24,298 bases of DNA from Gemmatimonadota bacterium (GTDB taxonomy: Bacteria; Latescibacterota; UBA2968; UBA8231): positions 1-24,298 of the forward strand of contig JAYPJE010000057.1 of the NCBI GenBank assembly GCA_038128265.1, read 5' to 3'. Positions 1 to 7,888 of the stretch are shown here, piece by piece (position 1 is the first letter of the stretch; the number at the start of each line of letters is the position of its first letter). The position numbers were made by a program, and so were the translations under genes. Below the pieces are notes generated by a model. That model worked only from the letters and a program-made list of their open reading frames with translations. It made no database searches and was not told the origin of the DNA.

Positions 1-277
1 AGTAGGCCTTGTTGGCGCTGAGGTTGTAGCCCCACATCAGCTTGGCGTTAAAATCGCTCAGATCCATCGGAGCACCAAACTGGTTGAACATGGTCTCACC
101 TTGGATCTGATACACTTCACCGACGATATCCCAGTCGGACATATCGCCGTCTAGCGTGGGCACCAAGTGATCGGGGAACTGGAACATAAACTTCATTTCC
201 CCCTGGTGTCCGTAGGACGGACCCGTCGCGAGCGTCGCAACGAGCGCGGCCCCCAGCAATGCGTTGAGCTTCTTCAT
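1..277 (-). CDS. Secreted protein with CBM9/DOMON-like N-terminal motif (3' end runs off the window)
   Basis: Not in the ORF track; translated by hand. AGGAGG at 287-282, ATG at 277, frame open to the window edge: MKKLNALLGAALVATLATGPSYG-HQGEMKFMFQFPDHLVPTLDGDMSDWDIVGEVY... Sec-type signal peptide. PTLDGDMSDW matches the PxIDGxLxDW motif of CBM9-like domains. Confidence 0.8.
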   Translation of the reverse strand, partial: MKKLNALLGAALVATLATGPSYGHQGEMKFMFQFPDHLVPTLDGDMSDWDIVGEVYQIQGETMFNQFGAPMDLSDFNAKLMWGYNLSANKAY

Positions 278-421
278 ACAGCCTCCTTTTGCAGATAGCT
301 CTCGCCCAGTGCGAAAGCAAAAGATACAGAGTAACAAACGCCGAATACTCGGCTAAGCCGTTCAAACAGGCGCCTACCAAGGAAAATAACAGATTGGCAC
401 GCGACTCTCAAGGGGCAATCT

Positions 422-3085
422 CTATCGTTCCAAGCCGGCGTACGCCGTCATAAAGATCGTGCTCGTCGTGCTGGACGGTAAGTTCTCAAAGGTCTGCTTT
501 TGCAGGCGCATACCGGTCTGCAGATGCAGCTTATAGCCCAGATAATCGCCGGCATTGGCAAATTGAACGGCCAGTATTCGGCTATTCGAATCGGGCTCTA
601 GGGCGCGGTGCAGCGGCACGCCGTCTCTGTCGCGAAACTGCTCAAAATGCGAAAGCTCCAGACCTAGTTCAATTAGCGTGTGGCGCAGCAGCGGAAAGCG
701 AGCGATGAGAAAGAGCGTTTCCGTCAGTTCGCGACGCTTGGGGTCGCGCCTGCTGAAGGGACGCTGGCGCAGATACTCGCTCTTAATGCGCGGCTCGATT
801 TCTATCTGCCCCACCTCGAAGGTATAATCCGCTTTGTTTATCAATCCGAAAAAGCTGGAGGTTTCGCGCAAATCGCCGTGCTCTTCGCGCTGGCTGTACA
901 CCTCGTACTTGAGCTTGTTAATGATGTTCAGGTGCGATATGCCGCGGTAGTCGACCTGCGCATACGTCGTGTTAACCCAAGTATCTCTGGCCGGCAGCGG
1001 GTCGAATATGCGCTGGTGCGTGCCGCGCGAGTTGGGCGGCTGCACCCACTGGAAGAGGTTGTCTGGGATATTGTCTTCGACTAGGCGGAGGTTTTCGTAG
1101 AGGCGCACCCGCCCCAGGTCGGCCACGTCGCGCTCGTAGGTAAAGAGCATATAGGCACTGCGATTGCGTCCATCGCCGGAGATCAACTGCTCGTCCAGCC
1201 ACCCCAGCGTCAGCTTGGCCTCCGGCGAAATCATAACGCCGGCATACGCGTTGCGGCCTCGAAGATCGCGTCCGTAGGGATAGTCGGGCTCTTCGTCGTT
1301 TTCAAAGCGGTCGATCCAGCCGTTGTTGTTCATATCGATGCCAAAGAGAAACTCGGGCCGGTCCGAATGATAGCGCAAAAAAGGCTCTTCGTAGTCGGGC
1401 ACGAAGTTCTCGCGGTCTTCGGTATCGTTTTGGTTAAAGTCCGATATAAAGTCGTTGTTCTCATCCAGACCGGGGAATACGGCGTTGTCGACGAGCGGCT
1501 GGCCAAAGCGCGTCCAGTCGGGGCGGCGGTCCTGGTCGTCGTTGTCATCGACAAACTCGTAGACGTAGAATGCTTCATCCTCGTAGTCGATCTCGTCCTG
1601 GCGCAGGGTCCCGGCCAAATAGGTCCGCGTCGAGTAGGCGTCGTCCATGCTGTAGGCTTCGAGAAAGGCAAAGAATGGGTCGTCGATGCGCGATAGATTA
1701 AACATCCACGCATCGGCCTTTTTAATGGCCTTGTGGTGGTCGTTGAGGTTCACGTTGGGATACTGGCGATACTGGCGATTAAAGTCGTATTCGCCGTAAA
1801 AATCAAAGCCCCACACTTTGGTCGCTTCCAGCGTAAAACCAAAAATGACGTTGGCCGTCGGCAGGCCGTAGTCAAACTTCAGCAGGCGCTGGTTGGAGTT
1901 GTCGCGAATATTGCCGTCGGCCCGCTCTACCAGTAAAAAGACCGGCTGCGAATCGATGTTGGTCTGGCGATCGGAAGTGACTTCCACCCGGTAGTCATTG
2001 GACAGCACCAGTTCGAAAGAGACCTCTTCGATCACCGAAGGATCGGGACCAATATAGGCCGGGTCGGTAAAATCGTAGGTCAGCGTAATCCGCTCGTCGC
2101 CGTCGGCTGATATATAGCCGACGCGCTGAAAGCCGCCCTCGCGAATCGGCTCGAAGTTGATCTGACTACCGCGGTATGTATTGCCGTCTGTGTCCTTTAT
2201 GATAATCTCATCATCAAAGAGCGCCGCGCCGCCAATGCCGTCCTGCGGCGAGTCGTCGGCCAAGCGAATGACGATGCGCGAAATGGGCAGCGCATTCTGA
2301 TCAGTCGTTAGAGCACCGCCGCTAAAAGGGTTGCCGCTAAAGTCTTCCAGCAGCGTCTGCGTTTGAAACGCCGTTAAGTAGGTGGCACCGACTTCGACAA
2401 AATCGCCGACGTGTATGACACTGCGTCCACCCAGCAAGTTAGTGGCGCTGGTCTTCTGGTCGGGAATGTCGAGCGAGGTTGCAATACCGGGACGGCTGGG
2501 GCGGGCCAGTAGCATCGTCGCCGAGTACTTATCGGCGGCAAAATCCCACTGCACGCCGTTAAAGCCCGGCTTGGAAAAGGTCATCGGCGTCAGCGTGGTG
2601 CGAATCTCGTCACCGATGGTCAAGCTGTAGTGATACTGCCCCTTGCTGTCGGAAGCGATGATCAGTTTGTCGAACCACGTGTTATAGCGGTTGGTCTTGA
2701 GAATGCCGCTGCCAAACTGCTGGGGCCGGTTCTGCTGCCAGTCGTACACCAGCCAACCGCGCGTGACAAAGTTGCCATAAATGTCGTAGAAATAGTCGCC
2801 CTCTTGCGAGGTATTGACGTAGCGCTGGTAGTTTTCACGGGCGTAGTTAGTGTACTGCCACTGCATCCAGCGGTACTCGTTGTACAGCTCCTGCGGTACG
2901 TACCATTTCTTAACGGCCGGATCCAGCGCGTCAAAGAGCACGCCGGGGCCCTTGGGAGAAAAGTCGACTCGCCCGCCCCGCTTCACCGATCCCAAGCGCG
3001 TGCCGGTATCCTGAGCCAGTGCCAACTGTGTCGTCGCGGCTAGCCACAGCACGGCCAGCGCGTATAAAAGTGATCGAGTATTCAA
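422..3085 (-). CDS. Large exported hypothetical protein (~887 aa), putative outer-membrane beta-rich protein with Asp/Asn-rich Ca-binding-like loops
   Basis: Long ORF. The start is better placed at TTG 3085, behind GGGAGG (3096-3091), giving signal peptide MNTRSLLYALAVLWLAATTQLALA-Q. Many alternating hydrophobic/polar, aromatic-rich strands (FDFYGEYDFNRQY, YMLFTYERD, TYAQVDYRG, LHLQTGMRLQ, IFMTAYAGL). Function not recognised. Confidence 0.8.
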   Translation of the reverse strand: MNTRSLLYALAVLWLAATTQLALAQDTGTRLGSVKRGGRVDFSPKGPGVLFDALDPAVKKWYVPQELYNEYRWMQWQYTNYARENYQRYVNTSQEGDYFYDIYGNFVTRGWLVYDWQQNRPQQFGSGILKTNRYNTWFDKLIIASDSKGQYHYSLTIGDEIRTTLTPMTFSKPGFNGVQWDFAADKYSATMLLARPSRPGIATSLDIPDQKTSATNLLGGRSVIHVGDFVEVGATYLTAFQTQTLLEDFSGNPFSGGALTTDQNALPISRIVIRLADDSPQDGIGGAALFDDEIIIKDTDGNTYRGSQINFEPIREGGFQRVGYISADGDERITLTYDFTDPAYIGPDPSVIEEVSFELVLSNDYRVEVTSDRQTNIDSQPVFLLVERADGNIRDNSNQRLLKFDYGLPTANVIFGFTLEATKVWGFDFYGEYDFNRQYRQYPNVNLNDHHKAIKKADAWMFNLSRIDDPFFAFLEAYSMDDAYSTRTYLAGTLRQDEIDYEDEAFYVYEFVDDNDDQDRRPDWTRFGQPLVDNAVFPGLDENNDFISDFNQNDTEDRENFVPDYEEPFLRYHSDRPEFLFGIDMNNNGWIDRFENDEEPDYPYGRDLRGRNAYAGVMISPEAKLTLGWLDEQLISGDGRNRSAYMLFTYERDVADLGRVRLYENLRLVEDNIPDNLFQWVQPPNSRGTHQRIFDPLPARDTWVNTTYAQVDYRGISHLNIINKLKYEVYSQREEHGDLRETSSFFGLINKADYTFEVGQIEIEPRIKSEYLRQRPFSRRDPKRRELTETLFLIARFPLLRHTLIELGLELSHFEQFRDRDGVPLHRALEPDSNSRILAVQFANAGDYLGYKLHLQTGMRLQKQTFENLPSSTTSTIFMTAYAGLER

Positions 3086-3108
3086 ATATTCCTCCCTGCT
3101 AACAGCGC

Positions 3109-5088
3109 TCAATAAGCGACCACCACGCTGTGTGCGCGGCTCTCTGTGCTGCTGTCTGAGCGAATTTCTACCTGCACTATGTACGTGCCCGGAGGCAGCG
3201 GTTGGCCGCCATCGCCTTTGCCATCCCAGCGCAGCTCGCTGCGCCCGTTTTGCACCTGTACCGAATCGAATTGGCGCACGACGCGGCCGGCCAAATCGTA
3301 AATGCGCACGGCCGCCGGCGAGGGCTCCAACAGGTGGAGCACGGTGTAGCTGATCTGCACCTCATCGTTGATGCCGTCGCCGTTGGGCGTAAATGCGCTC
3401 GGCGCAACGCTCAGTGCTCCGGCCACCTGCGACCCTACCGTTACTCGCACTAGCAGCTCGTCGGTCTGCAGTTCCGCCGTCGCATTGCCCCCCTCCGTCT
3501 GTAGGGGTATAGCCGTGCTGGCGTCGGTGAACGCGCGCCCTTGAAAACGCGTTCCGTAGCGGAAAACCGCCGCGTCGAAAACAATTTTTAGCAGCGCGCC
3601 ATCCTCACTGACCTGTGGCAACCCCAGCGCAAAGCTATTGCCCGTTACTTCTTCGATAGAGAGGGCGCCGTCGACGACGGGCAAGCCATTCAAGTTTGCC
3701 GCAGAGAAATCGGCTGCCTCTAGCACATTGCCCTGTGCGTCGAATAGTTCGACCGAGCGCACGGCCGCCACGCGGGCAGGCGTCTCCACCTCAAAGCGGC
3801 TGAAACCCGCTCGCCCAGTAGCGTTTATCACGCGTGCAAAGTACGTGAACGTGGTTTCTTCGCCCACCTGCGTCTGCGATGGTCCAATCTCGGCGACGAT
3901 GCGATCGACGGGCGGCTTTTCGTACTCAAAGCCCAAATCGGCCACGGCCCGGCTCGCCGTCAGATCGCGGTTGGTAAAATCGATGCTAAACTGGAAGTAG
4001 CGGCGCGGTGCCGGCACGTTTAGCTCTACACCGTTGCCGGCCAGCTGCCACTGGCTCCAATTGGCGATGTCAACGCGAATGGGGCCACGTTCGTTTTCCT
4101 TTAGCCGCATATAGCTGGCTTCGGTCAGCGTATCGCCAGTGCTACTGGTCGGCAGCAGTTGGCTGACCCCGTCGACCGATACGGTGCGATAGTATACATC
4201 GGGCGTCAGATCGCTGCCGCTGCGCACGCGGATCTCTAGTTCGGAGTCCTCCTCCCGGCCGGCCACTATTTCGTTCCAATTGATCTGCCCCCACACCACG
4301 TCTTCGCCCAAGTCGAGCACATTTGAAACGTAACGTGCCGTCGGCACAAATCCGCGTCCGTAGATCTCTATTTCGTCAATTTCAAAACCGAGGGGCGATA
4401 TGGACTTCAGCTCCAAATAGCGCACAAACTGTGCCTCAATACCCACGTCCACCCGAGCCTGGCGGTTGTCGGGTTCGCGCAGTATGGGCGAAGTGAAGAT
4501 CGGCTGGCCGCTGGCAAAGAGATTTTGCGGCTGACCGTCATTGAGATAGATCTCATAGCCGCGCAGGTAGTCGCTAACAAAGGGAAACTGTTCCGTCATT
4601 CTTGGATAAAAAACAATCCGGTCTACGCCAAATCGCGCACCCAAGTCGAGGCGAATTGTGATGCCGTTGTTACGCACGATGCGCCCGGCGACAAACTTGC
4701 GGTCATAGGCGACGGCGTGATCGCCGTTGAGCATGCCCTCTAACTCGGCCGGGTCTACTTCGCTGCGCGCTAAGATCGGCACGTCAATGCTGCCACCGCG
4801 CTCGAGCACGTCGGAAGAAATATTGAATTCCGGACTGAGCCGCAGGGGCATAAGCCAGCCGCCCAGCGAATCGGGCACGTCGGTAAATACGGTCTCACCG
4901 GCCGAATCGCGCACATCGCCCAGCGCCTCCACATAGGCGATAACGCCGCCGGGTGTCGTGCCAAACTCGTTCCAAGGCCTGTCCGCAGACCCGACGAGAA
5001 AGACCTCTTGTGCGCAGACGGGAGAAAGCGTCACTACGGAAATCCATACCAGCAACGATGTCCATACAAATATTGAACTTCGCACCAT
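3109..5088 (-). CDS. Exported protein with discoidin/F5-8-like domain and C-terminal CHU_C/FlgD-Ig (T9SS-CTD-like) domain
   Basis: ATG at 5088 (GTG 5091 is an alternative). Signal peptide ends ...SPVCA-Q. ITIRLDLGARFGVDRIVFYPR...VRYLELKS...FEIDEIEIYG is a discoidin-like pattern. The C-terminus is PSAFTPNGDGIND...VRIYDLAGRVVR...WDGKGDGGQPLPPGTYIVQV. Confidence 0.85.
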   Translation of the reverse strand: MVRSSIFVWTSLLVWISVVTLSPVCAQEVFLVGSADRPWNEFGTTPGGVIAYVEALGDVRDSAGETVFTDVPDSLGGWLMPLRLSPEFNISSDVLERGGSIDVPILARSEVDPAELEGMLNGDHAVAYDRKFVAGRIVRNNGITIRLDLGARFGVDRIVFYPRMTEQFPFVSDYLRGYEIYLNDGQPQNLFASGQPIFTSPILREPDNRQARVDVGIEAQFVRYLELKSISPLGFEIDEIEIYGRGFVPTARYVSNVLDLGEDVVWGQINWNEIVAGREEDSELEIRVRSGSDLTPDVYYRTVSVDGVSQLLPTSSTGDTLTEASYMRLKENERGPIRVDIANWSQWQLAGNGVELNVPAPRRYFQFSIDFTNRDLTASRAVADLGFEYEKPPVDRIVAEIGPSQTQVGEETTFTYFARVINATGRAGFSRFEVETPARVAAVRSVELFDAQGNVLEAADFSAANLNGLPVVDGALSIEEVTGNSFALGLPQVSEDGALLKIVFDAAVFRYGTRFQGRAFTDASTAIPLQTEGGNATAELQTDELLVRVTVGSQVAGALSVAPSAFTPNGDGINDEVQISYTVLHLLEPSPAAVRIYDLAGRVVRQFDSVQVQNGRSELRWDGKGDGGQPLPPGTYIVQVEIRSDSSTESRAHSVVVAY

Positions 5089-5137
5089 CACAACTCATTT
5101 GCCGTGGGATTTAAACGCACTATCTACATCACGCACC

Positions 5138-5167
5138 AATATGGGCATAAAACAAAATGTCCGTCAA
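5138..5167 (-). promoter_or_regulatory. Candidate sigma70-type promoter for the leftward exported-protein operon
   Basis: Minus strand reads TTGACG (5167-5162), 18-nt AT-rich spacer, CATATT (5143-5138), about 50 nt upstream of the 5088 start in a divergent intergenic region. Confidence 0.4.
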
Positions 5168-5343
5168 GACAGTAGGCGGCATCTTACGCACCTCGGCGCT
5201 GTCGCGCAAAGAGCCGAGGCGCGCAGAGTTGCCCATCGGGTGAGATGAGCCTATTCTCGAATCAATCGCCGGCGCGCACAGCACGCGCACGCACCAGCAC
5301 GGGTATTCAACTATTCAACGCTCCCCAATACAAGGAAATTCTC

Positions 5344-5829
5344 ATGCACGACTTGGAAAAAGTGGCTTTAGCCGCGGGGCAGCGGCTCAAAGACAAGGTT
5401 CAAACCGTCGCCGTCGCCGAATCGTCCTCCGGCGGCCTAATCTGCGCCGCCCTGCTGGCCGTGCCCGGTGCTTCCAGCTACTTCAAGGGCGGCGGCGTGG
5501 TTTACACGAGCCAGTCCAAAACGCTGTTAATGGAAGTGGCTACAGAAGCAATGCAAAAGGACCGCGCCGCCACCGAAGCGCACGCCTTGGCCCTAGCGCG
5601 GGCGGCACGGCAGCGCCTAGACGCCGACTGGGGCATCGGCGAAACGGGCGCGGCAGGCCCCACCGGCAACCGCTACGGCGACCCGGCCGGCCACTGCTGC
5701 ATCGCCGTATCAGGGCCCTGCGAAAAGGCGCTGACGCTGCAGACGGACAGCGCCGAGCGGGGCGACAATATGCGCGCCTTTGCGCGGGCGGCCATCGAGC
5801 TGCTCGAGGCGTGCGCCGCCCAGTCCTAG
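5344..5829 (+). CDS. CinA C-terminal domain protein (PncC-like nicotinamide-mononucleotide deamidase family)
   Basis: AAGGA before ATG 5344. VAVAESSSGGLI, PGASSYFKGGGVVYT..SK and ETGAAGPTG motifs of the CinA/PncC domain. The candidate catalytic Ser and Lys are present. Confidence 0.88.
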   Translation: MHDLEKVALAAGQRLKDKVQTVAVAESSSGGLICAALLAVPGASSYFKGGGVVYTSQSKTLLMEVATEAMQKDRAATEAHALALARAARQRLDADWGIGETGAAGPTGNRYGDPAGHCCIAVSGPCEKALTLQTDSAERGDNMRAFARAAIELLEACAAQS

Positions 5830-6947
5830 CGCGGATCGCCCGGGCGCCAGCGGTGTTTCTCGACGCCGTCCATATCGAGCTCAAGACCCCAGCCCGGTCC
5901 GTCCGGCAAGTATACGCAGCCGTCCTCTATCTTTAGTGGCTCGGTGATAATCTCATCGCGCCATTCGATTCCCGTCACCAGCTCCATCGGCGCCACGTTG
6001 GGAATCGACGCCATGAGGTGCGCAGCGGCGATAATGCCCACGGGCCCCTTGGTATTGTGCGGCGAGATCGGCACGTGGAAGGTGTCGGCCAGCGCGGCGA
6101 TCTTTTTCACTTCCGTAATACCGCCAGCGTACATCAGATCCGGCTGGGCAATGTCGATGCCGTCCAAGTCTAAGAGCTGGCGAAACTGACTCTTGTTGTT
6201 GAGGCGTTCGCTGCCCATAACGGGAATGGATATGGCGTGGCGCACCTTGGGATAGGCACCCAGGTCGTCGGGCGGCACCGGATCCTCAAAGGCAAAGAGA
6301 TCACACGGCTCCAGCGCACGCGCCAGGCGAATGCAGGTAGCCACCGTAAAGCGCCCGTGGCAGTCGATCAGCAGCTTGACGTCGGGGCCGACCGCTTCGC
6401 GCACGGCGGCAAAGGTCTCGGCCGTTCTGCGCGGACTGCCGTCGTCGTCGTAGGGGTCAAAGCTGTAGCCGCTGCTCGACAGCGCCCCGCCCTTGAGCGC
6501 GTTGTGCCCCTCGCCGGCCAGGCGCTTGGCCATGGCTGCACAGGCCTCGGGCGTCTGACCGCCGAAATGCGTGTAGACTTCAACGCGGTCGCGAAACCGG
6601 CCCCCCAATAGGTCGACAACCGACAGACCGGCCACTTTACCCTTTATATCCCACAGTGCCTGGTCGATACCGCTGAGCGCACTCATCCACACCGGACCAG
6701 CCATGCGCCAAATGCCGCTGACGGTAGACAGGCGATAGATCTTGTGCCACAGATACTCGATGCGCGCCGGATCCTCACCAATCAGCTCGACTTTCATATT
6801 CTCGACGGCGGCAGCCACGATCGGCTCCTTGTTGGAATAGGTCGCTTCTCCCAGCCCGACCAGTCCCTCGTCGGTAAAGACGCGCACAATGGTCCACTTG
6901 CGCCCGGGCGAGTTGATCATCACGGTGTCGATGTCGCGAATTTTCAT
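5826..6947 (-). CDS. Mandelate racemase/muconate lactonizing enzyme family protein, galactonate dehydratase-like
   Basis: GGAGG RBS. VRVFTDEGLVGLGE and SGIDQALWDIKGK; metal ligands in IDCHGR, FEDP and GSE; also QPD and SPHN. The D-x-H and PHN histidines are as in DgoD. Substrate uncertain. Confidence 0.9.
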   Translation of the reverse strand: MKIRDIDTVMINSPGRKWTIVRVFTDEGLVGLGEATYSNKEPIVAAAVENMKVELIGEDPARIEYLWHKIYRLSTVSGIWRMAGPVWMSALSGIDQALWDIKGKVAGLSVVDLLGGRFRDRVEVYTHFGGQTPEACAAMAKRLAGEGHNALKGGALSSSGYSFDPYDDDGSPRRTAETFAAVREAVGPDVKLLIDCHGRFTVATCIRLARALEPCDLFAFEDPVPPDDLGAYPKVRHAISIPVMGSERLNNKSQFRQLLDLDGIDIAQPDLMYAGGITEVKKIAALADTFHVPISPHNTKGPVGIIAAAHLMASIPNVAPMELVTGIEWRDEIITEPLKIEDGCVYLPDGPGWGLELDMDGVEKHRWRPGDPR

Positions 6948-6985
6948 ACGGCGTCCTCCCTCTTATAGAAGTGGATCGTGTGCGG

Positions 6986-7744
6986 CTAGGGCTGGAACGT
7001 CTCTTCGCGGCCGCCGATGGACGGCGGGGCCATCAGGCGCAGCTGCTGATCGGTCGCGCCGGGATATCGGTCGGCATCGTAGTAGCTCTGCGACCACGAC
7101 GAATGCCCCGGGCTGTACTTATACAGCAGCGAACGCCGCTCGTGATCGGCCGTCCACGGCACGGTGCCGTGCACTAGCGCTTCGGTAAAAATAATCACGT
7201 CGCCCGCCTCAACTTCGACCTGGCGCACGTAGTGCGGCCGCCGCTCCCAGTGGCGCACATCGTCGGGAATGCAGTCGGTGAAGTTGCTCTTGTGGGAGCC
7301 GGGCACGCAGCCAAAGCCGCCGTCGCCTGGTCCGGCAGGGCTCAAGCAATAGGTGAATACCGTCAGCCCGTTGCGCATAACGCCATCGTGGTAGCGGTAC
7401 CAGTGGTCGGCCGCTTTGACGCCGCCCTGCATGGCCGGACCGCCGTGCAGCCGACCGGCGCTGCCGCCCTTCTGCATGAAAATGCTGTAATCGTGGTCTA
7501 TGCGCACGTAGGGCCCCAGCAACTCGACCAGATAGGGCACGATGCCAGGGTGGTCCATCAAACGCTGGGTCGCCGACCCCCACTGCGACACATTGCTGAC
7601 GCGCCGAATGCCCTTCTCGTCGTACTCGCCCGGCCAAGCCGCATCGGCCAGCGCATTAACTTCTTCGACCTCGGCCGGGCTCAGCACGCCTTTGACGACC
7701 AGATACCCCTCTAAGTCAAACGTGAATTTTTCTTCTGGAGTCAA
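6986..7744 (-). CDS. Phytanoyl-CoA dioxygenase (PhyH) family Fe(II)/2-oxoglutarate enzyme with H-x-G motif
   Basis: AAGGAG then TTG at 7744 (MTPEEKFTFDLEGYLVVKGVLS). GGFGCVPGSHK, EAGDVIIFTEALVHGT and RRSLLYKY motifs. The first metal motif reads LHGG. Confidence 0.88.
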   Translation of the reverse strand: MTPEEKFTFDLEGYLVVKGVLSPAEVEEVNALADAAWPGEYDEKGIRRVSNVSQWGSATQRLMDHPGIVPYLVELLGPYVRIDHDYSIFMQKGGSAGRLHGGPAMQGGVKAADHWYRYHDGVMRNGLTVFTYCLSPAGPGDGGFGCVPGSHKSNFTDCIPDDVRHWERRPHYVRQVEVEAGDVIIFTEALVHGTVPWTADHERRSLLYKYSPGHSSWSQSYYDADRYPGATDQQLRLMAPPSIGGREETFQP

Positions 7745-7888
7745 CGCAGGCGCTCCTTTTTTTAGGTTATATGCGTCATAACAAGGCACAAAACAGATGC
7801 CCTAGCAAGCTTGCACGCGGCTGTTTTTTATCGTACTTATTGGCGCCCGACAAAGGACTGACCCACCTCACACCAAAGGAACTACACC

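Noticed and set aside
117..380. 87-aa minus-strand ORF from the track
   Set aside because: It overlaps, in another frame, the better-supported gene starting at 277 (RBS, signal peptide, motif) and has no recognisable features.
394..411. TTGGCAC resembling a sigma54 -24 box
   Set aside because: The -12 TTGC element is absent at the right spacing, and it points into the antisense strand of the upstream gene.
3086..3112. ORF-track start of the 896-aa protein
   Set aside because: This stretch contains the GGGAGG RBS for TTG 3085, which gives a cleaner signal peptide.
5245..5343. N-terminal extension of the CinA ORF
   Set aside because: An RBS precedes ATG 5344 and the domain begins there.
7765..7833. 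Short GTTAT/ATAAC inverted repeat and TTGCAC-N17-TACTTA promoter-like string in the divergent intergenic region
   Set aside because: The arms are only 5 bp and the -10 match is poor; not distinguishable from chance.
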